From Isurus oxyrinchus (Eukaryota), in NCBI GenBank assembly GCA_026770705.1, contig JANJGN010000016.1, positions 112,158,001-112,222,000 of the forward strand: a stretch of 64,000 nt of DNA. Direction: 5' to 3'. Both the position numbers and the translations under genes were made by a program. The notes below the pieces were generated by a model, which saw nothing but the letters and a program-made list of their open reading frames with translations, did not search any database and was not told the origin of the DNA. This document shows, one piece after another, positions 62,637-64,000 of the stretch. Numbering within the stretch: the stretch's first letter is position 1; the number at the start of each line of letters is the position of its first letter.

Positions 62637-63329
62637 GGGCAGAAAACGACGCTTGGCATGCGGGCATGCCCCTGATATGTCCGAGCGTGAAATAAAGCGC
62701 ATTGATGTTGGGCAAGCGTGCTGACATCAAAATGCACTCTCGCAATAGTTAGGTTGGTGGGTGCACGCTGGAGCCAAAAGCGCGCCTGCCAACAATTAAA
62801 AGGCCTATTAAGGCCATTAAGTAAATAATTATCCTGAATTTTTCACTGCCAGTTCAACCTAACAGTTGATGGGCAGGCGAAAAGGCCAAGCGGCCTTTGT
62901 GTTTTTTAGGAAACCTCATCCATGGATGGGATGAAGTTTCCTAAGGCAAATAAAAATTTAACACTTGAATTAAAAACATGTCCCTGTTCATGTGACAGAG
63001 TCACATGAGGGGGGGCATGTTTTATGACATTTTTATTTTCTTGATTTTTTTAAACAGTGCTTCATCTCCCTGAGGCAGCTCCATGACTCAGCGAGATTGA
63101 AGTGCTCTTTCATGCGCATGTACAAAGTTGGCACTATGCCCGCTCGCCCTCATCCTCCCCCCAGCACAGGCAGCGCTGAGTGCTGCTGCTCACATTCCAC
63201 ACTGCCTGGGCCTTAATTGGCCCACCCGCGTAAAATCGTGGTGTGGTGCCAATCGTGGGCAGCAGTTGGCTTCCCGACTGCCCCCAACTACCTCCACCGA
63301 GCACCCCCGCCAAGGGCAAAATTCTGCCC
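62637..63329. mobile_element. Harbinger-type MITE, 693 bp, TSD AGT; related to 43524-44198 in the opposite orientation
   Basis: gggcagaa... / ...ttctgccc; AGT at 62634-62636 and 63330-63332; shared core ggccttaattggcc. Confidence 0.8.
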
Positions 63330-63334
63330 AGTAA

Positions 63335-63582
63335 TGGTGACATGAAACTATCATTGATTGTTGTAAAAACCCATCTGGTTCGCTAATGCATTTTAGGGAA
63401 GGAAATCTGCCAATCTTTTCTGTTCCAACCGACATGTGACTTCAGATCCACAGCAATGTGATTGACTCTTAATTGCCCTTGAAAATGGTCTAGCAAGCCA
63501 CTCAGTTCAAGGGCAATTAGGGATGGGCAACAAATACTGACCTTGGCTGCAGTGCCCACATCCCATGAAAGAATAAAAAAAG
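63335..63582 (+). mobile_element. SINE 3' part (same family as 42238-42525)
   Basis: 'gggcaattagggatgggcaa...cccacatcccatgaaagaataaaaaaa' tail. Confidence 0.7.
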
Positions 63583-64000
63583 CAAGTTTAATATATTATA
63601 TACATGAGTTACCTAAGGCAGAGTTAGGATATTATGTACAATAGTTACATACAGCAGGGTTAGTGCATTATAAACATTAGTTACATACAGCAGAGTTAGT
63701 ACATTATATTCAATAGTTACATGCAGCAAAGTTGGTACATTATATATGGTTATACACAGCAGGGTTGTTACATTATATACAGCAGGATTGTTGGAAAGTA
63801 TAAAACAAATAGTGGAAATGCTGTAAGATGAGTCTGATCCAGTCATTTACCATTAAGTAATAGCATCTGGAGTTTAGGCTTTCATCTTCAAATAAAGATC
63901 TGGATTTGACAGTGTAATTTACTGAGATATTTTTATGTTTCCTGACAAATTGTACACACAGAGGAAGTATATTTTTGCTGTATAAACCTGATGACATTAC

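Larger units (their letters stand above)
62470..63790. repeat. 36-bp degenerate tandem repeat (62470-62620 and 63590-63790) split by a MITE and a SINE
   Basis: Unit cagcagggttagtgcattataaacattagttacata. Confidence 0.7.

Noticed and set aside
62470-63790. 36-bp repeats as a CRISPR-like array
   Set aside because: Units are contiguous and degenerate with no unique spacers, in a eukaryotic context with no cas genes.

Overview
Repeat-rich vertebrate DNA, most likely from a shark (inferred from its CR1, L2, Deu-SINE, Penelope and Harbinger content). Host genes: (1) S1PR1, with a single coding exon on the minus strand (5701-6834); (2) the 3' end of an aldo-keto reductase (AKR, ZK1290.5-like) on the minus strand, missed by the ORF track. 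The AKR has one internal exon (62107-62166) and two homologous phase-0 terminal coding exons 21 kb apart (57026-57121 and 35956-36090), which would give alternative C-terminal tails. Head-to-head with S1PR1 is an intact, intronless PIF/Harbinger (HARBI1-like) transposase ORF (9817-10959). It has a polyA signal, no visible TIRs, and a DD35E triad changed to DD35K, making it a candidate domesticated, catalytically dead gene on a shared promoter. Also present: Harbinger Myb/SANT-gene relics and MITEs, Penelope-like retroelements carrying minimal hammerhead ribozymes (one canonical core, two A6U variants), a ~545-bp foldback element, an AT-rich palindrome in the S1PR1 intron and deeply nested LINE stacks. 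Repeat boundaries were read by eye and are approximate unless a TIR, TSD or splice site is quoted.
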